In this document: positions 1 through 10,956 of the stretch, piece by piece
Position numbering within the stretch: position 1 is the first letter of the stretch
Layout of the letters: each line of letters begins with the position of its first letter
NCBI GenBank assembly: GCA_900234795.1
Contig: LT962688.1
Coordinates: 3,600,001 to 3,632,000, forward strand
From: Methylorubrum extorquens
GTDB lineage: Bacteria > Pseudomonadota > Alphaproteobacteria > Rhizobiales > Beijerinckiaceae
Length of the DNA: 32,000 nt
Direction: 5' to 3'
Notes under the pieces: generated by a model
What the model saw: only the letters and a program-made list of their open reading frames with translations
Told to the model about the DNA's origin: nothing
Databases searched by the model: none
Program-made: the position numbers and the translations under genes

Positions 1-300
1 GCCGGCTCCGCGTGTGGGATGGGCGGGGCGTTAGCAGATGGGAGCGGATGATGCAAGGCGGGGCCGGGACGGCATCAGGCCCATCGCCTGAAAGCAATCG
101 CCCTCGCTCTTGGTTGGCCTCAGTCGCTGGCGCCCGCCTCCGCGGGCTCAGGCTTTCGCTCCGCTCGATGCTTTTGAGGGCTCACGCGCTGAAAAGCCCG
201 CTCCGCGCGGCGCTCCTCGCGCCGCGAAGCCGCCAATGCGGCTTCGGGCAATAGTCCTTGTCTCACTCCGTCACCCTGACGAGGCGGTGGCAGCGATGCC

Positions 301-1971
301 TCAGGCCGCTCGCACGGTGGCGAGGAAGCGGGACATCTCCGTGTTCAGGCGCTCGGCCTGCTGGGACAGGTCCGACGCCGAGTGCAGCACCTGGGATGCC
401 GCTGCCCCGGTCTCCTCGGCCGCCGAGGCGACGCCCGCAATGTTGTTCGTCACCTCGGACGTGCCGGTCGAGGCCTGGCCGACATTGCGCACGATCTCCT
501 GGGTGGCCGCGCCCTGCTCTTCCACCGCCGCCGCGATGCCGGTGGCGACGCCGCTGATCTCACGGATGCGCGTGCTGATGCCGTCGATCGCCGAGACGGC
601 CTCGCCGGTCGCCCCCTGGATGCGGGCGATCTGGGCCGAAATCTCCTCGGTTGCGCGCGCCGTCTGGTTGGCGAGTTCCTTGACCTCGGCGGCGACGACG
701 GCGAAGCCGCGCCCGGCCTCTCCGGCCCGTGCCGCCTCGATCGTCGCGTTGAGAGCGAGCAGATTGGTCTGGCCGGCGATGGTCGAGATCAGCGCCACCA
801 CATCACCGATCCGCGCCGCGGCCTCCGAGAGATCGCGGACCAGGACGACGGTCTGCCCGGCCTCGCCGGCCGCGATTCCGGCGAGTTCGGCCGAGCCGGC
901 GACCTGCCGCCCAATTTCTTGCACCGAAGCGCCGAGTTCCTCGCTCGCCGCGGCGACCATGCCGACATTGCCGGCGGCCTGCTCGGCGGCCGCGGCCACC
1001 GCGGTCGATTGCGCCGCGGTCTCCGTCGCGATCGCGGTCATGCTCTGCGCGGTGACCTGCAGCTCGGTCGCTGCCGTGGTCACCGTGCCGAGGATACCGC
1101 CGACCGCGCGCTCGAAGCCGTCGGCCATCTCGCGCATGCCGGCCTTGCGCTGCTCTTCCGCCGAGGCGCGGGCGAGTTCGGTTTCCTTTTCGAGCGTACG
1201 GGCCCGCAACAGGTTATCGCGGAAGACGAGGACGGTCGCCGACATCGCCCCGATCTCGTCGCGCCGCTGCGCGAAGGGGATCGGCGCATCAGTGTCGCCG
1301 CCGGCCAGACGGCGCATCGCCGCCGTCATCCGCTCGATCGGGCGCGAGACGCCGACGAAGGAGAAGACCATCGCACCGATCGCCGTCAGCGTCGTGATGC
1401 AGAGCGCGACCAGCGTGACCTTCACCGCCGTCGCCTGCTCAGCGCGGATCGCGGTGTCGGCGACCTTGCTTGCCGCCATGTTGACGTCAACGAGGGCGCG
1501 CGCGGCCTCCGAGGTGGCAAGGTAGCGCGTGTTCATGGGACCGCGGAAATAGGTGAGCGCCTCGTCCTGCTGCTCGGCGGTGAAGGCGCGAAGCCGGTCC
1601 CAATCGGGCTTCGACTGTTCCAGCTTGGCGAGGAGGTCGTCGTAGGTCCGCTGTTCCTCGGGCGAGGAGATCAGCCTGCGATAAGCTTCAACCTTGGCAT
1701 TGCGGTCGCGCATGAAGGCCTTGACCTTCTCGCCGCTCTCCGCCCGCGCGGTCTCGTTCTCGGCCGTCACGTAGCGAAACTGCCAGAGCCGCGTCCGAAT
1801 CACGAACGCGTTGATGCTGTGGGCCTCGTTGATCGACGGGATCGTGGTGTCCAGGATCTCTGACGTCCGCTCGCCGATCGCGTCGAGCTTGACCAGGGCG
1901 AGAACGCCCTGCCCGACGGCGAACAGCAACATGAGCGCGAACAGCCCCATGAGAGTGCGCTTGAGTGTCAT
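301..1971 (-). CDS. methyl-accepting chemotaxis protein (4-helix-bundle sensor, HAMP, MA signalling domain), 556 aa
   Basis: ORF 301..2061(-) begins at a TTG. The first ATG, at 1971, gives a membrane-anchored N-terminus ([21 protein letters not shown]). A second TM segment ([23 protein letters not shown]) is followed by a HAMP region ([18 protein letters not shown]...) and the conserved MCP signalling hairpin ([35 protein letters not shown]). The stop is TGA at 301-303. Confidence 0.9.
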   Translation of the reverse strand: MTLKRTLMGLFALMLLFAVGQGVLALVKLDAIGERTSEILDTTIPSINEAHSINAFVIRTRLWQFRYVTAENETARAESGEKVKAFMRDRNAKVEAYRRLISSPEEQRTYDDLLAKLEQSKPDWDRLRAFTAEQQDEALTYFRGPMNTRYLATSEAARALVDVNMAASKVADTAIRAEQATAVKVTLVALCITTLTAIGAMVFSFVGVSRPIERMTAAMRRLAGGDTDAPIPFAQRRDEIGAMSATVLVFRDNLLRARTLEKETELARASAEEQRKAGMREMADGFERAVGGILGTVTTAATELQVTAQSMTAIATETAAQSTAVAAAAEQAAGNVGMVAAASEELGASVQEIGRQVAGSAELAGIAAGEAGQTVVLVRDLSEAAARIGDVVALISTIAGQTNLLALNATIEAARAGEAGRGFAVVAAEVKELANQTARATEEISAQIARIQGATGEAVSAIDGISTRIREISGVATGIAAAVEEQGAATQEIVRNVGQASTGTSEVTNNIAGVASAAEETGAAASQVLHSASDLSQQAERLNTEMSRFLATVRAA

Positions 1972-2348
1972 TGTCCGGAGATGCCTGCGTCGAATTCGGG
2001 GACACCGAATGCTTTCCGCATCTCGCTTAAGAAATGTTCTCAGCGTGTCGAAAAACGGCAACCGAGGGTCGCAGCCGATTCGATCGCGTCGGGCCGGTAT
2101 CCCAAGCTAAGGCTTCGACGTTCGCTCTTTCGACAAGCCGCCCGGCAATTCGTCAAAACGCCATCACGTTTCTTCCAGAAAGTATATCGCCCGACGAAAA
2201 GGAGCGACAGCCGCCACTACTCGCTCGCGTCGCGATCGGAGAGGGTCCGCGTCGTTGAAGCCACGCCGATCCGCGCCCGGCGTGGCAGCCCCCAAGGGTC
2301 ACGAAGGCCGGAAGCCTTTCGCGATCCCCTTTCTTTCTCGGCGCGTCC

Positions 2349-4331
2349 TCAAGCGGCGGAAGCGACCGCCGGCGAGATCATTTTCCGCGCCTTTTTGTCC
2401 TCGGTCGTGCCGAGGAAGGCCTGGGCCTCTTCCTTGCGCTCGAAGACGTGGGGGGCGACGCCGCGCTTGGTCAGCGCCTCCTCCATCTTCAGGCGCAGGA
2501 AGGCGCTGGTCGCGTAGCGGGTCGTCGTCGCGTAGTAGTTCGCCTGAAGATACTGAATCATCCCGGCGTAATCATCGTAGAGGTTCTCGTTGAGGCGGAA
2601 ACCGTCGTGGTTGATCACCGCGTTGACCCGCTGGCCGGCCTTGCGGCAGGCGTCGACGATGGTCATGCGCAGCTCGTCCATGTCGCTCTTCACCCGGCAG
2701 TACCAGCCTTCCAGGTTGATGAAGAGGATGTTGCGCTCGGCATCCAGGCTGACGCGCGACTTCAGGTCGAGGTTGAGCAGATCCGAGATCAGCTCCATCG
2801 GATCCTCGCGGAAGATGCGCGGATCCATCGGCACCGGGTTACGCACGATCGGCGCGAAATCCATGTGGGCGAGGATGTCGCGCTCAATGTCGATGCCCGG
2901 CGCCACCTCGATCAGTTCGAGCCCCTCCTTCGTGAGTTGGAAGACGCAGCGCTCGGTGACGTAGATCACCGGCTGCGAGCGCTCGACCGCGTAGGGGCCC
3001 GAGAAGGTGTTCTGCTGCACCTCCGTCACGAATTTGCGGGCGCGGCCCTCGGTGACGATCTTCACCTGACCGTCCTGCACCGCGATCTCCAGGCCACCCG
3101 CGGTGAAGGTGCCGGCGAAGACGACCGAGCGGGCATTCTGCGAGATGTTGATGAAGCCGCCGCAGCCGTTGAGCTTGCCCCCAAACTTCGAGGTGTTGAC
3201 GTTGCCGGCGCCGTCGCACTCGGCCATGCCGAGGCAGGTCATGTCGAGGCCGCCGCCGTCGTAGAAGTCGAACATCTGGTTCTGGTCGATGATGCAGTCG
3301 GCGTTCGTCGCCGCGCCGAAGCTCGAACCCGAGGCCAGCACGCCGCCGACCGCGCCCGCTTCCGTCGTCAGGGTGATGTAGGGGGTGATCTTCTCCTCGT
3401 TGGCGACGGAGGAGATGCCCTCCGGCGCGCCGACGCCGAGATTGACCACGCCATTGGGCGGCAGTTCGAAGGCGGCGCGGCGCGCGATGATCTTGCGCTC
3501 GTTGAGCGGCATCCGCTTGATGCCGGTGACGGGCACGCGGATCTCGCCGGCAAGCGCCGCGTCGTACATCACGCCGTAGTTCATGCGGTGCATCTCGGGC
3601 TCGGCCACGACGACGCAATCCACGAGGATGCCGGGGACCCGCACATCCTTGGGCAGCAGGTAGCCGTCATCGACGATGCGCTCGACCTGGGCGATGACGA
3701 TGCCGCCGTTGTTGCGCGCGGCCATGGCCTGGGCGAGGCAATCGAGGGTCAGCGCCTCCTTCTCGAAGGAGAGGTTGCCCGACGGGTCGGCGGAGGTGGC
3801 GCGGATGAAGGCCACGTCGATCTTGGTAGCGGTGTAGAACAGCCACTCCTCGCCATCGACCTCGACGAGCTTGACGATGTCCTCGGTGGTCAGTTCGTTG
3901 ACCTTGGCGCCGCCGTGGCGCGGATCGACATAGGTCTTCAGGCCGACCTTCGAGAACAGCCCCGGCTGGCCGGCGGCGCAGGCGCGGTAGAGCTGCGAGA
4001 TCACGCCCTGGGGCAGGTTGTAGCCGCGGATCAGGTTGGCCTGCGCCGCCTGCGCGACCTTCGGCATGCGCCCGAAATTGGCGGCGATGACGCGGGAGAG
4101 AAGCCCGTCGTGATGCAGACGCCCGGTGCCCAGCCCTTTGCTGTCGCCCGCGCCCGCGGTCATGATCAGGGTCAGGCCACGCGGCGAACCGGTGTCGACG
4201 AAGCGCTTCTCCAACGCCGCGTGCAGCGCCTCCGGGATGCAGCTCTGGACGAAGCCGGTCGTGGTGAGGACGTCGTTCTCGCGAATCAGCGCGATCGCTT
4301 CCTCGGCCGTGATGACCTTGTTCTTCTTCAT
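2349..4331 (-). CDS. family I acyl-CoA:acetate/3-ketoacid CoA-transferase (propionate CoA-transferase/YdiF-like) with ~146-aa extra C-terminal domain, 660 aa
   Basis: The ATG at 4331 (MKKNKVITAEEAIALIRENDVLTTTGF) is preceded by GGAGGA about 11 nt upstream. The track start at 4472 is a TTG with an implausible N-terminus. It carries a GCGGF oxyanion-type motif (LNGCGGFINISQNA) and a TEAG motif in the position of the SENG catalytic-Glu motif. The codon bias is consistent with coding. Confidence 0.85.
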   Translation of the reverse strand: MKKNKVITAEEAIALIRENDVLTTTGFVQSCIPEALHAALEKRFVDTGSPRGLTLIMTAGAGDSKGLGTGRLHHDGLLSRVIAANFGRMPKVAQAAQANLIRGYNLPQGVISQLYRACAAGQPGLFSKVGLKTYVDPRHGGAKVNELTTEDIVKLVEVDGEEWLFYTATKIDVAFIRATSADPSGNLSFEKEALTLDCLAQAMAARNNGGIVIAQVERIVDDGYLLPKDVRVPGILVDCVVVAEPEMHRMNYGVMYDAALAGEIRVPVTGIKRMPLNERKIIARRAAFELPPNGVVNLGVGAPEGISSVANEEKITPYITLTTEAGAVGGVLASGSSFGAATNADCIIDQNQMFDFYDGGGLDMTCLGMAECDGAGNVNTSKFGGKLNGCGGFINISQNARSVVFAGTFTAGGLEIAVQDGQVKIVTEGRARKFVTEVQQNTFSGPYAVERSQPVIYVTERCVFQLTKEGLELIEVAPGIDIERDILAHMDFAPIVRNPVPMDPRIFREDPMELISDLLNLDLKSRVSLDAERNILFINLEGWYCRVKSDMDELRMTIVDACRKAGQRVNAVINHDGFRLNENLYDDYAGMIQYLQANYYATTTRYATSAFLRLKMEEALTKRGVAPHVFERKEEAQAFLGTTEDKKARKMISPAVASAA

Positions 4332-4478
4332 AGGGCCCGCCGTCCTCCACTTTCCTGGCTCGGCCGGACGGTACCGCCCGCCTCTTGCCGCTTCCGCCCG
4401 GACTATTGTCGGCCGCCCCCGCGAGTCCGGACAAGTCCCGGTCTCACAGGGGCAGCTGAATTCTGCATACAATTATCG

Positions 4479-4510
4479 TTGCAGTGCACCGATATGCTGT
4501 CGCACTGCAA
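4479..4510. promoter_or_regulatory. perfect 9-bp inverted repeat TTGCAGTGC-N14-GCACTGCAA in divergent promoter region (candidate operator)
   Basis: Read directly: TTGCAGTGC at 4479-4487 and GCACTGCAA at 4502-4510. It lies in the locally AT-richer 440-bp spacer between the divergently transcribed CoA-transferase and aminotransferase genes. Further CTGCA/TGCAG copies occur nearby (about 4463, 4514, 4596). Confidence 0.4.
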
Positions 4511-4588
4511 GAAACTGCACGTCTTGTCTGTGACAATACCCGAAAACCTTCCCAGCGTACGCCTCAAAAACACTTCGTTCCAGATTGA

Positions 4589-5974
<1,386 letters not shown>

Positions 5975-6504
5975 CAGGGCCTCGCATCAAAGCTCCCGAT
6001 CACCGATCGCTGTCCCTCGGGGCACGGCCGCGTGGCGGGAGTTCTGTGAGAAGCAGGTCAGCCGAGGATCGGGAAGGGCCGGAACCCACATCGGTGGCAG
6101 GGGAGCGGCGTCACGGCACGGTTGCCGTCGGCGGCGCGGGCCTCTACATCGGCCCTCCCCGCGGCCGATGCGCCTGACGGTTTCGCGAGCCCTCTCGGGC
6201 CTGCGTGGTGGCGGGGCCGGCAGTGACGGGGCGGTGCGGACCAGTTCTCTGCGCCGTTCCTGTGACGCTCAGTGGGCCGAGCGGCTGCAGGTGCGTCGGG
6301 AGCGCGGGGAACAGGAACCGCGACCCCGGCGCAAGGCCCACCTATCCGAATTCCCTCGACCGAATTCCCCTAGCCCCTGGCCGGCACGCATCCGGTCCGG
6401 GGCCGGGCCTGGGATACAGCGCGAGAAGCGTTAACGGTCTTTCTCAAGGGAAAGCGAACCGGTAGCAGGCGATTTATCGCAGATTGTCGCCGAAAGGTCG
6501 CACC

Positions 6505-6804
6505 ATGTCTCAGGTCGCCCGAGCCCGCACGTCCGCTCGCCAGTATCTGCCGGAATCGAAGCTCGACGACCTCGCCAGCAGCCTGCGGCGGCTCGCCAAC
6601 CATCGCGGTCTCATCCGCAGTGAGATCGCCAGCCCGATGCTGCTGCGCCTTCTGCCGCCGCCGCGGCGTGTCGAGGAGAAGAAGTACGAGGCCGACCTGC
6701 GCCAGCGCCTCACGGACGCCAACCTCGACGGACCGCGGATCGCCTATCTGATGGCCGATGCCGAGCGGGAGATCGCGATCGCCCACACCCGGCTCTCGGG
6801 CTGA
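6505..6804 (+). CDS. hypothetical small protein, 99 aa (no family recognised)
   Basis: The ATG at 6505 has AAGG about 8 nt upstream. The whole ORF shows strong GC3 bias with preferred codons (ctc, gcc, cgc, ctg, gag), unlike neighbouring overlapping frames. I recognise no motif. Confidence 0.5.
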   Translation: MSQVARARTSARQYLPESKLDDLASSLRRLANHRGLIRSEIASPMLLRLLPPPRRVEEKKYEADLRQRLTDANLDGPRIAYLMADAEREIAIAHTRLSG

Positions 6805-6882
6805 GCCAGCGGCCCAATCGCCGACGCGCGCTGGATCGGCGCGATCGGATGTCGGTCTACAAGCGGATCGTGAGCGGCCGGC

Positions 6883-8436
6883 TCAGGCGACCTCGACCCG
6901 CCCGTCGAGCCCGACGACGCGGCCCAGGCCGCGGACGCGGCTGAGCAGGCGTTCGCCGTTGAGTTCGGCCCATTCGGTGGGTAGGCGCAGCACCACCTTG
7001 CCGTCCTCCACGACGAGCGGCATCCGCTTGAGCGGTCCCGCCATCCCGGCGGAGACCGGGAAGGCGACGCGCATGAGTGCCCCGACGAGGCGGGCGCGGT
7101 CGAACAGGCGCGGGCCGGCGAGCGCCCGCAGGGTCGGGCTCGCCTTTTCCGGCGCCACGCCCTCGTGGCGGAAATAGCCGGACAGGGCGAGGTAGGCACG
7201 GCCGGGATGGTCGATGCCGGCGAAGGCGGCGTTGGCGAGCACGTTGAGGCTCTGCTCGCCGCGGTAATCGGGATGCGCCCGCCAGCCGATATCCGAGAGC
7301 AGGCAGGCGGCGTGGCGCAGGCGGCGCTCGCCCGAGGTCTCGGGGCCGTCCAGGCTGGTGATGAACTGGTCGGTCCAGTCGCGCAGCTCGTCGCCGTGGC
7401 CGGGCGAGCGGGCACGCTGCATGTTCAGCTCTTGCGCCGAGACGATCAGCGGATCGGTCAGACGCGTCTCGCGGTCGAGCTGCTCGAACAGCAGGCCCTC
7501 GCGCACGCCGAAGGCGGAAATCGCGATCTCGCGCGGACGGCCCGCGCGGATGATCTCTTCGAGCACCACCGCGCCGAAGGCCAGCAGCGGCCGGCGCGCC
7601 TCGGCGATGGTCTCGACCTCCTGGAGGGTCGCGGCGTCGCTCGCCTCGACCATTTCGAGGAAGCTCAGCTCGTCGGAGGGCTCCACCGCGTAGCCGTGCA
7701 TGACGTGGAGCGGATAATCGCGGGTGGCCTGATGCAGCCGGGCCAAAGCCCGCCACGTTCCGCCGACCGCGTAGAAGGTGCGCCCGCGCAGGGTGTCGAG
7801 CTGCGGCTCGGCCTTCTTCAGATGCTCGCGGGCGATCTTGCGCGCCTTCTTGAGCGAGCCCTCGGAGAGATCCTGAAGCGCCAGCCCGCCGAGCGGCATG
7901 GTCACGCCCTGGCCGACCGTGGTGCCCTTGACGTCAACGAGTTCGAGCGAGCCGCCGCCGAGGTCGCCGACCACGCCATCGGGCGCGTAGAAGCCGGAGA
8001 CGACGCCGAGCGCGGACAGCTCCGCTTCGCGCCGGCCGGAGAGAAGCTGGATCTCCTGGCCCAGCGCCTCGCGCGCGGCGTCCAGGAAAGCCGGGCCGTT
8101 GGCCGCGTCCCGCGCGGCGGCGGTTGCCAGCACGAAGATGCGCGAGACCCGCATCGTGTCGCACAGGACGCGGAAGCGGCGGAGCGCGGTGAGCGCCCGC
8201 TGCACGGAATCCTCGTTGAGGCGGCCCGTGGAGAAGACGCTGCGGCCGAGCCCGCACAGCACCTTCTCATTGTAGAGCGGCGTCGAGGCGCGCTGGAGCC
8301 CGTCATAGGCGACGAGCCGCACCGAATTCGAGCCGATATCGATGATCGCGACGGGTTCGAACGTCATGCCAGTCATCAGCGGGGCCGGCCGTTCGGCGGA
8401 GTGGGCGAGCGTCAGGTGAGGACGTGTCGGACCCAT
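6883..8436 (-). CDS. ppx: exopolyphosphatase, Ppx/GppA family, 517 aa
   Basis: It has the ASKHA-fold N-terminus VAIIDIGSNSVRLVAYD and a DLGGGSLEL phosphate-2 motif, and sits directly downstream of ppk. The ATG at 8436 has a GAGAGGGGG Shine-Dalgarno-like run 4-6 nt upstream. Internal ATGs at 8376 and 8367 are possible alternative starts. Confidence 0.88.
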   Translation of the reverse strand: MGPTRPHLTLAHSAERPAPLMTGMTFEPVAIIDIGSNSVRLVAYDGLQRASTPLYNEKVLCGLGRSVFSTGRLNEDSVQRALTALRRFRVLCDTMRVSRIFVLATAAARDAANGPAFLDAAREALGQEIQLLSGRREAELSALGVVSGFYAPDGVVGDLGGGSLELVDVKGTTVGQGVTMPLGGLALQDLSEGSLKKARKIAREHLKKAEPQLDTLRGRTFYAVGGTWRALARLHQATRDYPLHVMHGYAVEPSDELSFLEMVEASDAATLQEVETIAEARRPLLAFGAVVLEEIIRAGRPREIAISAFGVREGLLFEQLDRETRLTDPLIVSAQELNMQRARSPGHGDELRDWTDQFITSLDGPETSGERRLRHAACLLSDIGWRAHPDYRGEQSLNVLANAAFAGIDHPGRAYLALSGYFRHEGVAPEKASPTLRALAGPRLFDRARLVGALMRVAFPVSAGMAGPLKRMPLVVEDGKVVLRLPTEWAELNGERLLSRVRGLGRVVGLDGRVEVA

Positions 8437-8474
8437 GCAGCCCCCTCTCAGGGAAGCGCCCCGCGCAAGGGGCG

Positions 8475-8579
8475 CTCACGATGGTGCCAGACCGGACGCC
8501 GCCCAGACACTCACGATGGTGACGGGCCGGAAACCGGCCGAACACTCACGATAGTACCGGGCCGGAAACCGGCCCGGCG
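8475..8579. repeat. three tandem 35-bp repeats (CTCACGATGGTG...GGCCGGAAACCGGCC...) in ppk-ppx spacer
   Basis: Units are at 8475-8509, 8510-8544 and 8545-8579, with pairwise identity of 27-28 of 35. Unit 3 holds a perfect 9-bp stem CCGGGCCGG-AAA-CCGGCCCGG and unit 2 a 6-bp version. An additional hairpin GCGCCCC-gcgcaa-GGGGCGC lies at 8455-8474. Confidence 0.85.
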
Positions 8580-8589
8580 CAGGCCGTGG

Positions 8590-10956
8590 TCAGGACCGCT
8601 GGGCGCGACGGCTGAGCGCCCGCGGGCTCGACTTCTTCGACGACTTGCCGCGCCCGGACAGGCTTGGATTCGTCATGAAATACTTGTGCGCATTGAACGG
8701 TTCCTCCCCGTCCGCAGGGCTGATCCGCTCGCTCGCACCCGATGCCAGTACACGCCAGCTCTGTCGGTTGTCGAGAAGGTTTGCCAGCATGATCTGATCG
8801 AGCACCTGCTGATGCACAGTCGGATTGGTGATCGGCAGCAGGGATTCGACGCGTCGATCGAGGTTGCGCTGCATCAGGTCGGCCGAGGAAATGTAGAGGG
8901 TGGCCTTCGGGTGCGGCAGCCCGGCGCCGTTGCCGAAGGCGTAGACGCGCTCGTGCTCGAGGAAGCGCCCGACGATCGACTTGACCCGGATCGTGTCGGA
9001 CAGGCCCGGAATGCCCGGCCGCAGGCAGCAGATGCCGCGCACGATGCAGTCGATCTGCACGCCCTCCTGGCTGGCATCGTAGAGCGCATCGATGATCTGG
9101 CTGTCGACCAGCGAGTTGCACTTGATCCAGATCGCCGCCGGGCGCCCGGCCTTGGCGTGGGCGATCTCCTCCTCGATGTGCTGCAAGAGGCGCGGCTTCA
9201 GGGTCAGCGGCGACACCGCCATGCGCTCCAGCTCCGCCGGCTCGGCGTAGCCGGTGATGAAGTTGAAGATGCGCGAGACGTCCCGGGCGATGGCCGGGTC
9301 GGCGGTGAAGAAGGACAGGTCGGTGTAGATGCGCGCGGTGATCGGGTGATAGTTGCCGGTGCCGACATGGCAGTAGGTGACGAGGCGGTCGCCCTCGCGG
9401 CGCACCACCATCGACAGCTTGGCGTGAGTCTTCAGCTCGACGAAGCCGAACACCACCTGCGCGCCCGCCTTCTCGAGGTTGCGCGCCCAGCGGATATTGG
9501 CCTCCTCGTCGAACCGGGCCTTCAGCTCGACCAGTGCGGTGACGGACTTGCCGGCCTCCGCCGCCTCCGCGAGCGCGGCCACGATCGGCGAGTTCGATGA
9601 GGTGCGGTAGAGCGTCTGCTTGATCGCCACCACGTTCGGATCGCGGGCGGCCTGGGCCAGGAACTGCACCACCGAGTCGAACGACTCGTAGGGATGGTGG
9701 ACGATGAAATCCTTCTGGCGGATCGCCGCGAAGACGTCGCCGCCCGATTCACGGATGCGCTCGGGGAAGCGCGGGTTGTAGGGCTTGAACTTGAGGTCCG
9801 GTCGGTCAATCCCGACGATCTGCGACAGCTCGTTGAGCGCCAGCATCCCCTCGACCACGAAGACCGAATCGGGGGCGATCTCCAATTCGTCGGCAACGAA
9901 GGAGCGCAGCTCCTCCGTCATGCCCGCCTCGACCTCCAGGCGGATGACGACGCCGCGGCGGCGGCGCTTGATCGCCGATTCGAAGTGCAGGACGAGGTCT
10001 TCCGCCTCCTCCTCGATCTCGAGATCGGAATCGCGCACGACGCGGAAGGCGCCCTGCCCCTTCAGTGAGTAGCCGGGGAAGAGCCGGCTCGCGTATTTCG
10101 CGATCACCTGCTCGATGGCGATGAAGCGGGCAGTGCCGTCGCCGGCCACGTCGGGCAGGCGCACGAACCGGTCGAGCAGCGACGGCAGGCGGATCAGGGC
10201 GCGCAGGGTGCGCCCGTCACGGGGCCGCACCATCATCAGCGCGACGGTGAAGCCGAGATTGGGGATGAACGGGAACGGGTGGGCCGGATCGATCGCCAGC
10301 GGCGTCAGCACCGGGAAGATGTAGGTGAGGAAATAGTCGTCGAGCCAAGCAAGGTGCTCCGCCGACAGCTCCGCCGGCTCCGCGAGGTGAATACCGTTGC
10401 CGTTTAGCTCCTCGCGCAGCGCGCGCCAGCGATCCTGCTGGTCCAGCGCCAGCCGCGAGACTTCCGTGCCGATGCGGGCAAGCTGCTCGGAGGGGGTCAG
10501 GCCGTCCTGCGAGGGCACGACGAGGCCGGCGCGGACCTGATCGTGCAGGCCGGCGACACGCACCATGAAGAACTCGTCCAGATTGTTGGCCGAGATCGAG
10601 AGGAAGCGGAGCTGCTCCAGCAGCGGATGGTTGGGGTTGGCCGATTCCTCCAGAACCCGGCGGTTGAACTGGAGCCAGGACAGCTCACGGTTCACGAACC
10701 GCTCGGGCGAGTGGCGGAGCGATCGCCCAGCCTCCAGCACCGGCTCGCGGGCGGCCTCGGCCGCATCGCTCTCCACCTTGGCATCCGCCTCCGACGGCTT
10801 CTCGGCGGCCTTCTCCGCCGCGAGGATGCGGGCGGCGCGGGCCGTCCGGGCGCGGGCGGATTCGCTGCGCACACCCCGCTCGGTGGCGAGGCTGGTCTCT
10901 TCGGTCTCGGTCGCCTCCGTATCCCGGGCGACGACATCCGACTCCACTTCCGACAA
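8590..10956 (-). CDS. ppk1: polyphosphate kinase 1, 788 aa (with ~85-aa low-complexity N-terminal extension)
   Basis: The conserved PPK N-domain begins at [20 protein letters not shown]. The histidine-phosphorylation region is [16 protein letters not shown]. The full-length architecture is PPK1-like. The TTG at 10956 has GGGAG 8 nt upstream, and GC3 bias holds through the extension. Confidence 0.92.
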   Translation of the reverse strand: MSEVESDVVARDTEATETEETSLATERGVRSESARARTARAARILAAEKAAEKPSEADAKVESDAAEAAREPVLEAGRSLRHSPERFVNRELSWLQFNRRVLEESANPNHPLLEQLRFLSISANNLDEFFMVRVAGLHDQVRAGLVVPSQDGLTPSEQLARIGTEVSRLALDQQDRWRALREELNGNGIHLAEPAELSAEHLAWLDDYFLTYIFPVLTPLAIDPAHPFPFIPNLGFTVALMMVRPRDGRTLRALIRLPSLLDRFVRLPDVAGDGTARFIAIEQVIAKYASRLFPGYSLKGQGAFRVVRDSDLEIEEEAEDLVLHFESAIKRRRRGVVIRLEVEAGMTEELRSFVADELEIAPDSVFVVEGMLALNELSQIVGIDRPDLKFKPYNPRFPERIRESGGDVFAAIRQKDFIVHHPYESFDSVVQFLAQAARDPNVVAIKQTLYRTSSNSPIVAALAEAAEAGKSVTALVELKARFDEEANIRWARNLEKAGAQVVFGFVELKTHAKLSMVVRREGDRLVTYCHVGTGNYHPITARIYTDLSFFTADPAIARDVSRIFNFITGYAEPAELERMAVSPLTLKPRLLQHIEEEIAHAKAGRPAAIWIKCNSLVDSQIIDALYDASQEGVQIDCIVRGICCLRPGIPGLSDTIRVKSIVGRFLEHERVYAFGNGAGLPHPKATLYISSADLMQRNLDRRVESLLPITNPTVHQQVLDQIMLANLLDNRQSWRVLASGASERISPADGEEPFNAHKYFMTNPSLSGRGKSSKKSSPRALSRRAQRS

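Noticed and set aside
206-245. Two adjacent GC-rich hairpins (CGCGGCG/CGCCGCG at about 206-226 and GAAGCCGC-caat-GCGGCTTC at 226-245), considered as an intrinsic terminator downstream of the MCP gene
   Set aside because: The stems are real, but neither is followed by a U-tract on the minus strand, so I do not call a terminator. The track ORF 12..254(+) over this region is Arg/Ala-rich and looks non-coding.
2027-2041. CtrA-box-like TTAA-N7-TCTC upstream of the MCP gene
   Set aside because: Only one TTAA half-site is present and the second half does not match TTAA(C). No other TTAA-N7-TTAA occurrence was seen in the window.
4557-4581. GGAAC-N15-CGTA on the minus strand upstream of the CoA-transferase gene, as an EcfG-type promoter
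   Set aside because: The spacer is one to two nt short and the -10 element is CGTA rather than CGTT. It would also require a leader of about 210 nt. This is too weak to call.
6144-6465. Track ORFs 6144-6341(-), 6168-6434(+) and 6205-6465(+), considered as genes in the long spacer
   Set aside because: They overlap one another, contain many rare codons (agg, aga, cta, gga), have Gly/Arg/Pro-rich translations, and lack ribosome-binding sites.
7165-9600. 811-aa plus-strand ORF spanning ppx, the repeat spacer and ppk
   Set aside because: It is an antisense shadow ORF. It crosses an intergenic repeat region, has no motifs, and its composition is dominated by R/A/G/L/D. ppx and ppk on the other strand are unambiguous.
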